Of a DNA stretch of 64,000 nucleotides, positions 34,601-49,600 are shown one piece after another. The translations under genes and the position numbers were made by a program. The stretch covers positions 1,472,001 through 1,536,000 of the forward strand of contig OZ242220.1 in NCBI GenBank assembly GCA_965206745.1, read 5' to 3'. The DNA comes from Nitrosopumilus sp. (GTDB taxonomy: Archaea > Thermoproteota > Nitrososphaeria > Nitrososphaerales > Nitrosopumilaceae). The notes beneath the pieces are model-generated. The model had not been told where the DNA came from. It ran no database searches and saw nothing but the letters and a program-made list of their open reading frames with translations. Within the stretch, counting starts at the first letter, position 1; each line of letters starts with the position of its first letter.

Positions 34601-37600
34601 TGCACCTGGAATCCACAGGAATGTGCCATTCTCCGGATGAATCGTTGCACTTGCATCAGCGGCAGGGTCAGTAGAGGATACGCTCCACCTTGGCAGAGGA
34701 TCGTTTGTGTCCTCATCAGAGCCGCTTGCGACAAATGACACTATTTCAAACTCAGAGTATGTCCCGGGGCCCGGAATCAGGTCAATTGTAGGTGCTCGGT
34801 TGTCGTTCTCTACAGTCAGGATGCCATGCTGTATAGGAGAGCGTACAGAGTCGTATTCAAGTATCCACTCAAACTCGTAGGTTGCAGGATCCTCCAGGGC
34901 AGATACCGTATCACGTGTAATGAAACCTGCAAATGCGCCGGTGTCATGATTCAGGAGATCTACGAGGGATTCGGGCAGGTTGCCTCCTGTGATGTTGTAG
35001 AATTGTGTGGCGTCTTGTGAAAGTTCATCAGGGTTGCCAACTACATTGTTTAGTGAAGGAATCTCATCACCCTCTGTCACTCTTTCTGTGTATGAGGTAA
35101 ATGTCGGTTCGACACTTTGAGGAGCTATGATGGTTATGTCAATATTGACACCATCAATGAGAGTTCCTTGATTATCCCGATATTCAAATGACAGATCATC
35201 AGTTGTAGCACCAGATGACGTGCGGTATGTTATAGTAACTATACCAACTGTATCTGTAACGAAAGTGTATGTACCGAAATCAGGTTCCTTACCTATAGAT
35301 ACAGTTATTGGATCTCTCTCGGGATCTGTGACAATTGCCAGAATGTGGTCTGTACCATCGCTTTGCACCACATGGTTCCCAAGAGTGTGGGATGGTGGCT
35401 CGTTTCTCTCCTGCACGTCAACTGTGATGATTCGGTCATCCTTGTCCCCTGCAGGATCAGTGAGGGTGAGCTTGAATGAGGCCGTGGTACTGGCATGAGT
35501 GTCATCAGGGGTCCACGTGAATAGACCGCTTGTCCTGCCAATCTCTGCACCGTCATCATTTGGAGATATGCTCCATGTTGGGGCAGCCTCGCCTGTAGCA
35601 GAATCAGTATCGGGATCATCGCCTGTCATGGTAAATTGCAGGGTATCTCCAGGACTAGGTGAGACAAACGAGGGTGTTGCACCTATCACGGGCTCTCGGT
35701 TGTCGTTGTTTACTCGCAACGAGCCGAATTGTTCCTCTGGTACTGCACCACTGCCGTCTGTATACATCCATGTTATCTCATATCGTATAAAGCCAGGATC
35801 AGAGTCTGTGGTGTTAAATGGGAATGATCCGTCAAAGTCACCGGTGTTCTCATCAAAGTCGACGTCATCAGGCAGGGACGGGCTGATGTCTAACAATTCA
35901 TAACGGATGTCACCGTCTGGCGGAATCTCTACGGGATCTCGGACCAGTTCTGAGAGACTGGGAATTGGACTGCCTTCCAATACTCCCCTCACGTAACGGA
36001 ATATGGCAGGTTCCTCATTTACGTCTGGCGTGTCATCAACATTAGTTATGGTAAAGTCAAGCGGTACATCGTCTTTGTCACCTACAGGATCAGTGAGGGT
36101 GACGTTAAATGAGACTGTGTCTCCCTCGTCATACTGGTCACCCACAATCCACGTGAATGCCCCACTGGTGGAATTGATGTATGCACCGTCATCATTTGGA
36201 GATATGCTCCATGTTGGGGGATCATCACCTGTATCAGTATCTTCATCCATACCCTCAAAGTCAAATGATACTGTTTGGAGTTCTGTAGGGTTTTCGTTGA
36301 AGCCGGTTCGAGTTGTAATTACAGGTGCCCGGTTGTCGTTGTTTACTGTCAGTATGGCAAACTGTTCATCTGATGTACCAGTGCCGTCTGTATACGTCCA
36401 TGTAATGTTATAGGTTACAAAGCCCGGATCAGAGTTTACAGTGTCAAATGGGAACGTGGCTGAAAAGTCACCGGTTGCCCCAATGGCGACAGGCAGTGGA
36501 GGGTCACTTGATACAAATGTATAACTGATGGCACCGACTGTCCCATCCTCGGCAGGGTCGCTGACTGCGATGGAGAGTGACGGGACATCCTGTCCTTCAA
36601 GTACAGTCTGTGAGTATGAGACAATTCGGGGCGGATCGTCACCTGACGTGTTTGGAGTGTCAATTATGTTAAATATGACAGTCTCTGTGTCCAGCTCACC
36701 TGCAGCATCAGTCAAGTTAAATGTAAACAGGATTGTGCTGCCGCCGCGAGACTCATCTGGAATCCACAGGAATGCCCCATTCTCCAGATGAATCTCTGCA
36801 TCAGTGGAGACGGTGGCATTGTCCGATACACTCCACCTTGGCAGAGGATCGTTTGTGTCCTCATCAAAGCCTCGCACGGTAAATGATATTATTTCAAACT
36901 CAGAGTATGTCCTGGGGCCCGGAATCGGATCAACTGTTGGCAGTCTGTTGTTGTTCTCTACAGTTATGGTACTGTACTGCATCGGCGATGTTCCGGTGCC
37001 GTCCTCAAATGTCCACTCAATCTCGTAGGTTACAGAACCCTCCAGGGCAGATACCGTATCAAATGGGAACGTGGCTGAAAAGTCACCGGTTGCCGTATCA
37101 AAGGATCCTCTGATGTCATCAGGCAGGTTGTGTGATGTGATATTATATGTGGATACAAGGTCTGCCTCTGCTTCCTCAGGGTTGGTGACTGCATCAGATA
37201 GTGAAGGGATTGGCGCATCCTCCTGTATCCTTTCTGTATAGGAGGCAAATGTCGGCACATTGTTTGGATCTACTGTAAACGTGTGGATTGCAGTGGCAGG
37301 GATACCTTCCTCATCAGTTATGCTGAATGTGAATTCGACTCCAGTACCGCCATGCACATCACGTGGAGTCCACGAGAATACACCACTCTGAGAAATTGTT
37401 GCATCTGTATTGGCATCAGAGTCATTAGAGGATACGCTCCATGTTGGCGGGTCGTCATTGGTGTCATCATCCCCGCCTAGCAGGGCAACTGGTACATTTT
37501 GACCGACAAAAATCAGTTCAGGTGTACCATCTGGAACCTGGATGGTTGGGAGCTGGTTGAGGTTCGTTACGTTTAGTGTACCAGGCTGATTCGGTGATGT

Positions 37601-40600
37601 TGTTCCAGAGCCGTCAGTGAAGGTCCACGCAAACGTAAAGAATTGGAATTCTTGCTCAAATGATACGGTATCAAATGGAATGACAGGACTAAACGCGCCA
37701 GTGTTTTCATTCAGAGTAACTGCAACCATACTCAGATTGCCAATTCCATCTACGATGGCATATCTGGGAGGGGTCTCTGAGGATTCATCAAGGTTGTTGA
37801 CGAAATCAGAGAGGGGAGGAACGGCATCACCTTCTGGCACTGTCTCGGCATACATATCAAATGGGGATGTCACAGCATTGACTGTCAGGGTGTAGGTACC
37901 TGAAGCAGTATCTACAGTGTTTGTTGCATCGTATTCTATTGTAAATTGCCGCGATAATTCTCCGTCAGGTACGACATTATCACTTATAGTACCAGTTATG
38001 GCACAGTTCATCTCATCAAATATGAGATCGTCAGGCAGGTTCCTGGGGTCGGTGATGGTACAGGTTACGCCGCCTGGACCCGTAGCTCCAAGTGGGATGT
38101 CTACTGTCTCACCTTCTGTGCGAGTTGAGGTACCGTTCGGTGCAGTAATTGTTGAAACGTCATCTACCAGTATGGTGCCAGGCTGGGATCCAGATGTAGA
38201 TTCACCAACACTGTATGTCCATTCAAATGGGAATGGTCGTGGTGAGTTTCCGGCAGTTGTGGCATCATGGGGTACGGTTCCTGCAAATGTTCCATCATCA
38301 CGGTTTAGCGTTATGCCAGATGGCAGTGCTTCAGTAAGTACGATGTCATATGTTATGCCAGGTACCGACTCTACACCAACTATTACACTTGCAAGCGAGG
38401 TGGGTATTTGCTGTCCCTCATCGACATCAACAGTGTATGGGCCAGATGTGTCAGGCAGTTCACTTGCTGCTGCAGACACAATAATTGTGTGCGGTTCAGT
38501 GCTAGATCCACCACGACCATCACTTAGCGTAAATGTAAATTCGTTAGGACCTATATGCGCTTCTGCAGGAGTCCATGTGAATTCTATGCTTGATCCGGTG
38601 GTTGCATTAAGTACTGCACCGGTGGCAGTTGAAGAATCATCTGATAGGGACCATGTCAAAGTATTGCCATCAGGATCCTCACCGGTCACTACAAATGTGA
38701 CTGGGTCGCCTACAACAGCTGTGGTATCGGCATCCGGTGGGATGGTTATGATTGGGTCTCTGACAGGTATAGTAAATTCTATTATCCTAGTGGCTGGAGT
38801 AGTAATTATACCATCAGTCACTTGGACTGTCCTATCTGCAAATCCACCTTCATGGAAATGAGGAGGCGTATATGTAAAGAATCCGGTTCTCGCATCAATT
38901 TCTGCACCCTGATCATTGCCGCGTTCTAGACTCCATACCAGTTCCTCATCACCATCAAGATGCGTAGCGGTGAACTGTATTTCTACGAGGTCACCTACAT
39001 TGGGTGTAGGATCGAAAGTGTCTGGGGTATTTATTGTCGGTGCCAGGTTGACGTTGATTACCTCTATGGAACTAGTCTGAGTTATGTTAGCATTTGGACC
39101 GTTGCCGTCGTCATTGTATGTCCACCTGAACTCGAACCGTTCTGGTGAGAGTGCGTTAGTTGTCGCATTATGGGATACGGTTCCTTCAAATGTTCCATCA
39201 TCAGGGTTTAGCCTTATTCCAAGTGGCAGTTCGCCAGATTCGTGGGTATATCTTATTATGGGGAATAGCGTATCGTCGGGATCATTAATTGCACCTGAGA
39301 GGGAACGTAGTACTGAGTCTCCCTCGCGGACTTGCTCACTGTACGGTGTGTCAGATAGGGACGGTGGTGCGTTTGTCTCTGCCACATCAAATGCGATGGT
39401 ATAGGTGGCTACCTTCTCTCCGGGATCAGTCAGGGTGATTATAAAGTGGACTGTGCTGCTGCCGTGGGATTCACCTGGTGTCCACGTGAATATGCCATCT
39501 TGATCAATCACTGCATTGTTGGTTGCATTTGCCTGTACAGTCCACTCCGGCTCATCATCACCTGTATCAGTGTCAGGATCCATGCCCTCAAAGTCAACTG
39601 ATACCAATTCTCCCTCATCAGGTGTATCATCAACAGCACCTGAAGGACCGTCTATCACAGGTGCTCTGTTATAGTTGGTTACAGTGATTGTGCCAGCCCG
39701 GACAGGTTCTGGTGTATTGACGCCGTCATCATATGTCCATTGGATGGTGTAGACTCTGGTAGGGTCTGCATAGGTTGCAGTGTCAAATGGGAATGATGCA
39801 TCAAATGCGCCAGTTGTCTCATCAAAGGAGCCGCTGACGACAGCAGGTAGTGGAGGGTCGCTTGATTCTAACGTGTATACGGGGGTGCCAGTTGTCGAAT
39901 CCTCTACAGGGTCACTTACCGCACTTGAGAGTGGCGGAATTCTGCCGCCTTCAGATACTCCGGCATTATATTCAGATAGGTCTGGTATCTCGTCTATTGT
40001 TGGTGTGAGTTCCGTCTCAGATACGGTAAATTCAATCTCTTCAGTGGCTCTTGCGCCTATAGGATCAGTGAGGGTGATGTTAAATGAGACAGTGTCTCCA
40101 TCGCCATACTGACCGCCTGGAATCCACAAAAAGTCACCGGTGGCAGGATTGATAATTGCGCCGTCATTGTTTGGAGATATGCCCCATATTGGTGCAGCCT
40201 CGCCTGTAGTGTCATCAGTATCAGGATCCATACCCTCAAAGTCATATGATACTGCTTGGAATTGGGCAGGTGTATTGTTGATACCGTTCGGAGGTGTGAT
40301 TACAGGCTCTCGGTTGTCGTTGTTTACTGTCAGTATGGCAAACATTTGAGGCGGTGATGGGTTGGTGTCATCTGTATACGTCCATGTAATGTTATAGTTT
40401 ACAAAGCCTGGATCAGAGTCTGCAGTGTCAAATGGGAACGTGTCTGAAAAGTCACCGGTTGCACTATCAATGGTGATACCAGGCAGTGGAGGGTCACTTG
40501 ATACAAATGTATAACTGATGGTACCGTCTGGAGAATCTTCGGCAGGGTCGCTGACTACGATGGAGAGTGACGGTACATCCTGTCCTTCAAGGATTGACTG

Positions 40601-43600
40601 TGAGTATTGGACAATTCGGGGCGGATCACTTTCTGGCGTGTTTGGAGTGTCAGTTATGACAAATGGGACAGTCCTTGTGACCTGCTCATCTGCAGCATCA
40701 GTTAAGGTGAATATAACATCTACTGTGCCGGCGTGGGACTCGCCTGGAATCCACAGGAATGTGCCGTTTTCTGGATGAATCGTTGCATCGACAGTAGCAT
40801 CAGCAGAGGATACGCTCCACCTTGGCAGAGGATCGTTTGTGTCCTCATCAGAGCCGCTGGCAATAAATGATATTGTTTCAAACTCAGAGTATGTCCTGGG
40901 GCCCGGAATCAGGTCAATTGTAGGTGCTCGGTTCTCGTTCTCTACAGTCAGGATGCCGTGCTGTACAGGAGAGGTTACAAAGTCGTATGTAAGGGTCCAC
41001 TCAAACTCGTAGGTTGCAGGATCCTCTAGGGCAGATACCGTATCGTATGGAATGACATTTCTAAATGCGCCGGTGTTAGTATTCAGGAGATCTTTGAGGG
41101 ATTCAGGCAGGGTGCCTTCTCCGATGTCGTAGACTAGTGTGGCGCCTGGTGGAATTGTATCGGGGTCAACTGCATCAGACAGTGAAGGAATCACGCTATT
41201 CTCTGCTACTCTTTCTGTGTAGGAGGTAAATGTCGGTACTACACTTTCAGGCACAGTTGGAACGTCAGTTACATGTATGGTACTAGTCTGTATTAGAGAT
41301 TCAGTTGGACCGTCACTGTATCTCCACATGAACGTGAAAGGTTCTGGCGAGTCTTCGGCAGTTGTCGCATCATGGGATACGGTTCCTACAAATGATCCAT
41401 CAGGGTTTAGATCTATTCCAAGTGGCAGTTCGCCAGATTCGTGGGTATATGTTATGGGAGATGTCGGATCGCCTGGATCATCAACTGCATCTGAGAGCGG
41501 AAAGTCAATTGTTTGTCCCTCGTTGACGCTAGCAGCGTATCCATTGGTAACTGTACCGGGTAATCCGATTATCTCTGCCACATCAAATGTGATGATACGA
41601 GTGACTACTTTCTTTCCGGGATCAGTCAGGACGAATGTGAATTCGACTGTGCTACCACCGTGAGTATGATCAGTAGGCCACGTGAATGCGCCATTTATCC
41701 TATCAATGACTGCATTGTTGGTTGCATTTGCCTGTACGGTCCACTCTGGAGGATCATCGCCTGCAACAGTGGCAGTACGGGTATCAGGATCAGAGCCAAA
41801 CAGGGTAAAGAATACTGTTTGACCCTCCGAAGGGTTTCTGTCAATACCAGAAGTGCCGTCTATCACAGGTGCTCTGTTATAGTTGGTTACAGTGATTGTG
41901 CCAGCCCGGACAGGTTCTGGTGTATTGACGCCGTCATCATATGTCCATTGGATGGTGTAGGTTCTGGTCGGGTCTGCATAGGTTGCAGTGTCAAATGGGA
42001 ATGATGCATCAAATGCGCCAGTTGTCTCATCAAAGGAGCCGCTGACGACAGCAGGTAGTGGAGGGTCGCTTGATTCTAACGTGTATACGATGGTGCCAGA
42101 TGACGATTCCACAGGGTCACTTACCGCACTTGAGAGTGGCGGAATTCTGCCGCCTTCAGATACTCCGGCATTATATTCAGATAGGTCTGGTATCTCGTCT
42201 ATTGTTGGTGTGAGTTCCGTCTCAGATACGGTAAATTCAATCTCTTCAGTGGCTCTTGCGCCTATAGGATCAGTGAGGGTGATGTTAAATGAGACAGTGT
42301 CTCCATCGCCATACTGACCGCCTGGAATCCACAAAAAGTCACCGGTGGCAGGATTGATAATTGCGCCGTCATTGTTTGGAGATATGCCCCATATTGGTGC
42401 AGCCTCGCCTGTAGTGTCATCAGTATCAGGATCCATACCCTCAAAGTCATATGATACTGCTTGGAATTGGGCAGGTGTATTGTTGATACCGTTCGGAGGT
42501 GTGATTACAGGCTCTCGGTTGTCGTTGTTTACTGTCAGTATGGCAAACATTTGAGGCGGTGATGGGTTGGTGTCATCTGTATACGTCCATGTAATGTTAT
42601 AGTTTACAAAGCCTGGATCAGAGTCTGCAGTGTCAAATGGGAACGTGTCTGAAAAGTCACCGGTTGCACTATCAATGGTGATACCAGGCAGTGGAGGGTC
42701 ACTTGATACAAATGTATAACTGATGGTACCGTCTGGAGAATCTTCGGCAGGGTCGCTGACTACGATGGAGAGTGACGGTACATCCTGTCCTTCAAGGATT
42801 GACTGTGAGTATTGGACAATTCGGGGCGGATCACTTTCTGGCGTGTTTGGAGTGTCAGTTATGACAAATGGGACAGTCCTTGTGACCTGCTCATCTGCAG
42901 CATCAGTTAAGGTGAATATAACATCTACTGTGCCGGCGTGGGACTCGCCTGGAATCCACAGGAATGTGCCGTTTTCTGGATGAATCGTTGCATCGACAGT
43001 AGCATCAGCAGAGGATACGCTCCACCTTGGCAGAGGATCGTTTGTGTCCTCATCAGAGCCGCTGGCAATAAATGATATTATTTCAAACTCAGAGTATGTC
43101 CTGGGGCCCGGAATCAGGTCAATTGTAGGTGCTCGGTTCTCGTTCTCTACAGTCAGGATGCCGTGCTGTACAGGAGAGGTTACAGAGTTGTATGTAAGGG
43201 TCCACTCAAACTCGTAGGTTGCAGGATCCTCCAAGGCAGATACCGTATCGTATGGAATGACATTTCTAAATGCGCCGGTGTTAGTATTCAGGAGATCTTT
43301 GAGGGATTCAGGCAGGGTGCCTTCTCCGATGTCGTAGACTAGTGTGGCGCCTGGTGGAATTGTATCGGGGTCAACTGCATCAGACAGTGAAGGAATCACG
43401 CTATTCTCTGCTACTCTTTCTGTGTAGGAGGTAAATGTCGGTTCGACACTTTGAGGCGGCTCGGTTCTCTCCTGCACGTCAACTGTGATGATTCGGTCAT
43501 CCTTGTCCCCTGCAGGATCAGTGAGGGTGAGCTTGAATGAGGCCGTGGTACTGGCATGAGTGTCATCAGGGGTCCACGTGAATAGACCGCTTGTCCTGCC

Positions 43601-46600
43601 AATCTCTGCACCGTCATCATTTGGAGATATGCTCCATGTTGGGGCAGCCTCGCCTGTAGCAGAATCAGTATCGGGATCATCGCCTGTCATGGTAAATTGC
43701 AGGGTATCTCCAGGACTAGGTGAGACAAACGAGGGTGTTGCACCTATCACGGGCTCTCGGTTGTCGTTGTTTACTCGCAACGAGCCGAATTGTTCCTCTG
43801 GTACTGCACCACTGCCGTCTGTATACATCCATGTTATCTCATATCGTATAAAGCCAGGATCAGAGTCTGTGGTGTTAAATGGGAATGATCCGTCAAAGTC
43901 ACCGGTGTTCTCATCAAAGTCGACGTCATCAGGCAGGTCCGGGCTGATGTCTAACAATTCATAACGGATGGCACCGTCTGGCGGAACCTCTACGGGATCT
44001 CGGACCAGTTCTGAGAGACTGGGAATTGGACTGCCTTCCAATACTCCCCTCACGTAACGGAATATGGCAGGTTCCTCATTTACGTCTGGCGTGTCATCAA
44101 CATTAGTTATGGTAAAGTCAAGCGGTACATCGTCTTTGTCACCTACAGGATCAGTGAGGGTGACGTTAAATGAGACTGTGTCTCCCTCGTCATACTGGTC
44201 ACCCACAATCCACGTGAATGCCCCACTGGTGGAATTGATGTATGCACCGTCATCATTTGGAGATATGCTCCATGTTGGGGGATCATCACCTGTATCAGTA
44301 TCTTCATCCATACCCTCAAAGTCAAATGATACTGTTTGGAGTTCTGTAGGGTTTTCGTTGAAGCCGGTTCGAGTTGTAATTACAGGTGCCCGGTTGTCGT
44401 TGTTTACTGTCAGTATGGCAAACTGTTCATCTGATGTACCAGTGCCGTCTGTATACGTCCATGTAATGTTATAGGTTACAAAGCCCGGATCAGAGTTTAC
44501 AGTGTCAAATGGGAACGTGGCTGAAAAGTCACCGGTTGCCCCAATGGCGACAGGCAGTGGAGGGTCACTTGATACAAATGTATAACTGATGGCACCGACT
44601 GTCCCATCCTCGGCAGGGTCGCTGACTGCGATGGAGAGTGACGGGACATCCTGTCCTTCAAGTACAGTCTGTGAGTATGAGACAATTCGGGGCGGATCGT
44701 CACCTGACGTGTTTGGAGTGTCAATTATGTTAAATATGACAGTCTCTGTGTCCAGCTCACCTGCAGCATCAGTCAAGTTAAATGTAAACAGGATTGTGCT
44801 GCCGCCGCGAGACTCATCTGGAATCCACAGGAATGCCCCATTCTCCAGATGAATCTCTGCATCAGTGGAGACGGTGGCATTGTCCGATACACTCCACCTT
44901 GGCAGAGGATCGTTTGTGTCCTCATCAAAGCCTCGCACGGTAAATGATATTATTTCAAACTCAGAGTATGTCCTGGGGCCCGGAATCGGATCAACTGTTG
45001 GCAGTCTGTTGTTGTTCTCTACAGTTATGGTACTGTACTGCATCGGCGATGTTCCGGTGCCGTCCTCAAATGTCCACTCAATCTCGTAGGTTACAGAACC
45101 CTCCAGGGCAGATACCGTATCAAATGGGAACGTGGCTGAAAAGTCACCGGTTGCCGTATCAAAGGATCCTCTGATGTCATCAGGCAGGTTGTGTGATGTG
45201 ATATTATATGTGGATACAAGGTCTGCCTCTGCTTCCTCAGGGTTGGTGACTGCATCAGATAGTGAAGGGATTGGCGCATCCTCCTGTATCCTTTCTGTAT
45301 AGGAGGCAAATGTCGGCACATTGTTTGGATCTACTGTAAACGTGTGGATTGCAGTGGCAGGGATACCTTCCTCATCAGTTATGCTGAATGTGAATTCGAC
45401 TCCAGTACCGCCATGCACATCACGTGGAGTCCACGAGAATACACCACTCTGAGAAATTGTTGCATCTGTATTGGCATCAGAGTCATTAGAGGATACGCTC
45501 CATGTTGGCGGGTCGTCATTGGTGTCATCATCCCCGCCTAGCAGGGCAACTGGTACATTTTGACCGACAAAAATCAGTTCAGGTGTACCATCTGGAACCT
45601 GGATGGTTGGGAGCTGGTTGAGGTTCGTTACGTTTAGTGTACCAGGCTGATTCGGTGATGTTGTTCCAGAGCCGTCAGTGAAGGTCCACGCAAACGTAAA
45701 GAATTGGAATTCTTGCTCAAATGATACGGTATCAAATGGAATGACAGGACTAAACGCGCCAGTGTTTTCATTCAGAGTAACTGCAACCATACTCAGATTG
45801 CCAATTCCATCTACGATGGCATATCTGGGAGGGGTCTCTGAGGATTCATCAAGGTTGTTGACGAAATCAGAGAGGGGAGGAACGGCATCACCTTCTGGCA
45901 CTGTCTCGGCATACATATCAAATGGGGATGTCACAGCATTGACTGTCAGGGTGTAGGTACCTGAAGCAGTATCTACAGTGTTTGTTGCATCGTATTCTAT
46001 TGTAAATTGCCGCGATAATTCTCCGTCAGGTACGACATTATCACTTATAGTACCAGTTATGGCACAGTTCATCTCATCAAATATGAGATCGTCAGGCAGG
46101 TTCCTGGGGTCGGTGATGGTACAGGTTACGCCGCCTGGACCCGTAGCTCCAAGTGGGATGTCTACTGTCTCACCTTCTGTGCGAGTTGAGGTACCGTTCG
46201 GTGCAGTAATTGTTGAAACGTCATCTACCAGTATGGTGCCAGGCTGGGATCCAGATGTAGATTCACCAACACTGTATGTCCATTCAAATGGGAATGGTCG
46301 TGGTGAGTTTCCGGCAGTTGTGGCATCATGGGGTACGGTTCCTGCAAATGTTCCATCATCACGGTTTAGCGTTATGCCAGATGGCAGTGCTTCAGTAAGT
46401 ACGATGTCATATGTTATGCCAGGTACCGACTCTACACCAACTATTACACTTGCAAGCGAGGTGGGTATTTGCTGTCCCTCATCGACATCAACAGTGTATG
46501 GGCCAGATGTGTCAGGCAGTTCACTTGCTGCTGCAGACACAATAATTGTGTGCGGTTCAGTGCTAGATCCACCACGACCATCACTTAGCGTAAATGTAAA

Positions 46601-49600
46601 TTCGTTAGGACCTATATGCGCTTCTGCAGGAGTCCATGTGAATTCTATGCTTGATCCGGTGGTTGCATTAAGTACTGCACCGGTGGCAGTTGAAGAATCA
46701 TCTGATAGGGACCATGTCAAAGTATTGCCATCAGGATCCTCACCGGTCACTACAAATGTGACTGGGTCGCCTACAACAGCTGTGGTATCGGCATCCGGTG
46801 GGATGGTTATGATTGGGTCTCTGACAGGTATAGTAAATTCTATTATCCTAGTGGCTGGAGTAGTAATTATACCATCAGTCACTTGGACTGTCCTATCTGC
46901 AAATCCACCTTCATGGAAATGAGGAGGCGTATATGTAAAGAATCCGGTTCTCGCATCAATTTCTGCACCCTGATCATTGCCGCGTTCTAGACTCCATACC
47001 AGTTCCTCATCACCATCAAGATGCGTAGCGGTGAACTGTATTTCTACGAGGTCACCTACATTGGGTGTAGGATCGAAAGTGTCTGGGGTATTTATTGTCG
47101 GTGCCAGGTTGACGTTGATTACCTCTATGGAACTAGTCTGAGTTATGTTAGCATTTGGACCGTTGCCGTCGTCATTGTATGTCCACCTGAACTCGAACCG
47201 TTCTGGTGAGAGTGCGTTAGTTGTCGCATTATGGGATACGGTTCCTTCAAATGTTCCATCATCAGGGTTTAGCCTTATTCCAAGTGGCAGTTCGCCAGAT
47301 TCGTGGGTATATCTTATTATGGGGAATAGCGTATCGTCGGGATCATTAATTGCACCTGAGAGGGAACGTAGTACTGAGTCTCCCTCGCGGACTTGCTCAC
47401 TGTACGGTGTGTCAGATAGGGACGGTGGTGCGTTTGTCTCTGCCACATCAAATGCGATGGTATAGGTGGCTACCTTCTCTCCGGGATCAGTCAGGGTGAT
47501 TATAAAGTGGACTGTGCTGCTGCCGTGGGATTCACCTGGTGTCCACGTGAATATGCCATCTTGATCAATCACTGCATTGTTGGTTGCATTTGCCTGTACA
47601 GTCCACTCCGGCTCATCATCACCTGTATCAGTGTCAGGATCCATGCCCTCAAAGTCAACTGATACCAATTCTCCCTCATCAGGTGTATCATCAACAGCAC
47701 CTGAAGGACCGTCTATCACAGGTGCTCTGTTATAGTTGGTTACAGTGATTGTGCCAGCCCGGACAGGTTCTGGTGTATTGACGCCGTCATCATATGTCCA
47801 TTGGATGGTGTAGGTTCTGGTCGGGTCTGCATAGGTTGCAGTGTCAAATGGGAATGATGCATCAAATGCGCCAGTTGTCTCATCAAAGGAGCCGCTGACG
47901 ACAGCAGGTAGTGGAGGGTCGCTTGATTCTAACGTGTATACGATGGTGCCAGATGACGATTCCACAGGGTCACTTACCGCACTTGAGAGTGGCGGAATTC
48001 TGCCGCCTTCAGATACTCCGGCATTATATTCAGATAGGTCTGGTATCTCGTCTATTGTTGGTGTGAGTTCCGTCTCAGATACGGTAAATTCAATCTCTTC
48101 AGTGGCTCTTGCGCCTATAGGATCAGTGAGGGTGATGTTAAATGAGACAGTGTCTCCATCGCCATACTGACCGCCTGGAATCCACAAAAAGTCACCGGTG
48201 GCAGGATTGATAATTGCGCCGTCATTGTTTGGAGATATGCCCCATATTGGTGCAGCCTCGCCTGTAGTGTCATCAGTATCAGGATCCATACCCTCAAAGT
48301 CATATGATACTGCTTGGAATTGGGCAGGTGTATTGTTGATACCGTTCGGAGGTGTGATTACAGGCTCTCGGTTGTCGTTGTTTACTGTCAGTATGGCAAA
48401 CATTTGAGGCGGTGATGGGTTGGTGTCATCTGTATACGTCCATGTAATGTTATAGTTTACAAAGCCTGGATCAGAGTCTGCAGTGTCAAATGGGAACGTG
48501 TCTGAAAAGTCACCGGTTGCACTATCAATGGTGATACCAGGCAGTGGAGGGTCACTTGATACAAATGTATAACTGATGGTACCGTCTGGAGAATCTTCGG
48601 CAGGGTCGCTGACTACGATGGAGAGTGACGGTACATCCTGTCCTTCAAGGATTGACTGTGAGTATTGGACAATTCGGGGCGGATCACTTTCTGGCGTGTT
48701 TGGAGTGTCAGTTATGACAAATGGGACAGTCCTTGTGACCTGCTCATCTGCAGCATCAGTTAAGGTGAATATAACATCTACTGTGCCGGCGTGGGACTCG
48801 CCTGGAATCCACAGGAATGTGCCGTTTTCTGGATGAATCGTTGCATCGACAGTAGCATCAGCAGAGGATACGCTCCACCTTGGCAGAGGATCGTTTGTGT
48901 CCTCATCAGAGCCGCTGGCAATAAATGATATTGTTTCAAACTCAGAGTATGTCCTGGGGCCCGGAATCAGGTCAATTGTAGGTGCTCGGTTCTCGTTCTC
49001 TACAGTCAGGATGCCGTGCTGTACAGGAGAGGTTACAAAGTCGTATGTAAGGGTCCACTCAAACTCGTAGGTTGCAGGATCCTCCAAGGCAGATACCGTA
49101 TCGTATGGAATGACATTTCTAAATGCGCCGGTGTTAGTATTCAGGAGATCTTTGAGGGATTCAGGCAGGGTGCCTTCTCCGATGTCGTAGACTAGTGTGG
49201 CGCCTGGTGGAATTGTATCGGGGTCAACTGCATCAGACAGTGAAGGAATCACGCTATTCTCTGCTACTCTTTCTGTGTAGGAGGTAAATGTCGGTTCGAC
49301 ACTTTGAGGCGGCTCGGTTCTCTCCTGCACGTCAACTGTGATGATTCGGTCATCCTTGTCCCCTGCAGGATCAGTGAGGGTGAGCTTGAATGAGGCCGTG
49401 GTACTGGCATGAGTGTCATCAGGGGTCCACGTGAATAGACCGCTTGTCCTGCCAATCTCTGCACCGTCATCATTTGGAGATATGCTCCATGTTGGGGCAG
49501 CCTCGCCTGTAGCAGAATCAGTATCGGGATCATCGCCTGTCATGGTAAATTGCAGGGTATCTCCAGGACTAGGTGAGACAAACGAGGGTGTTGCACCTAT

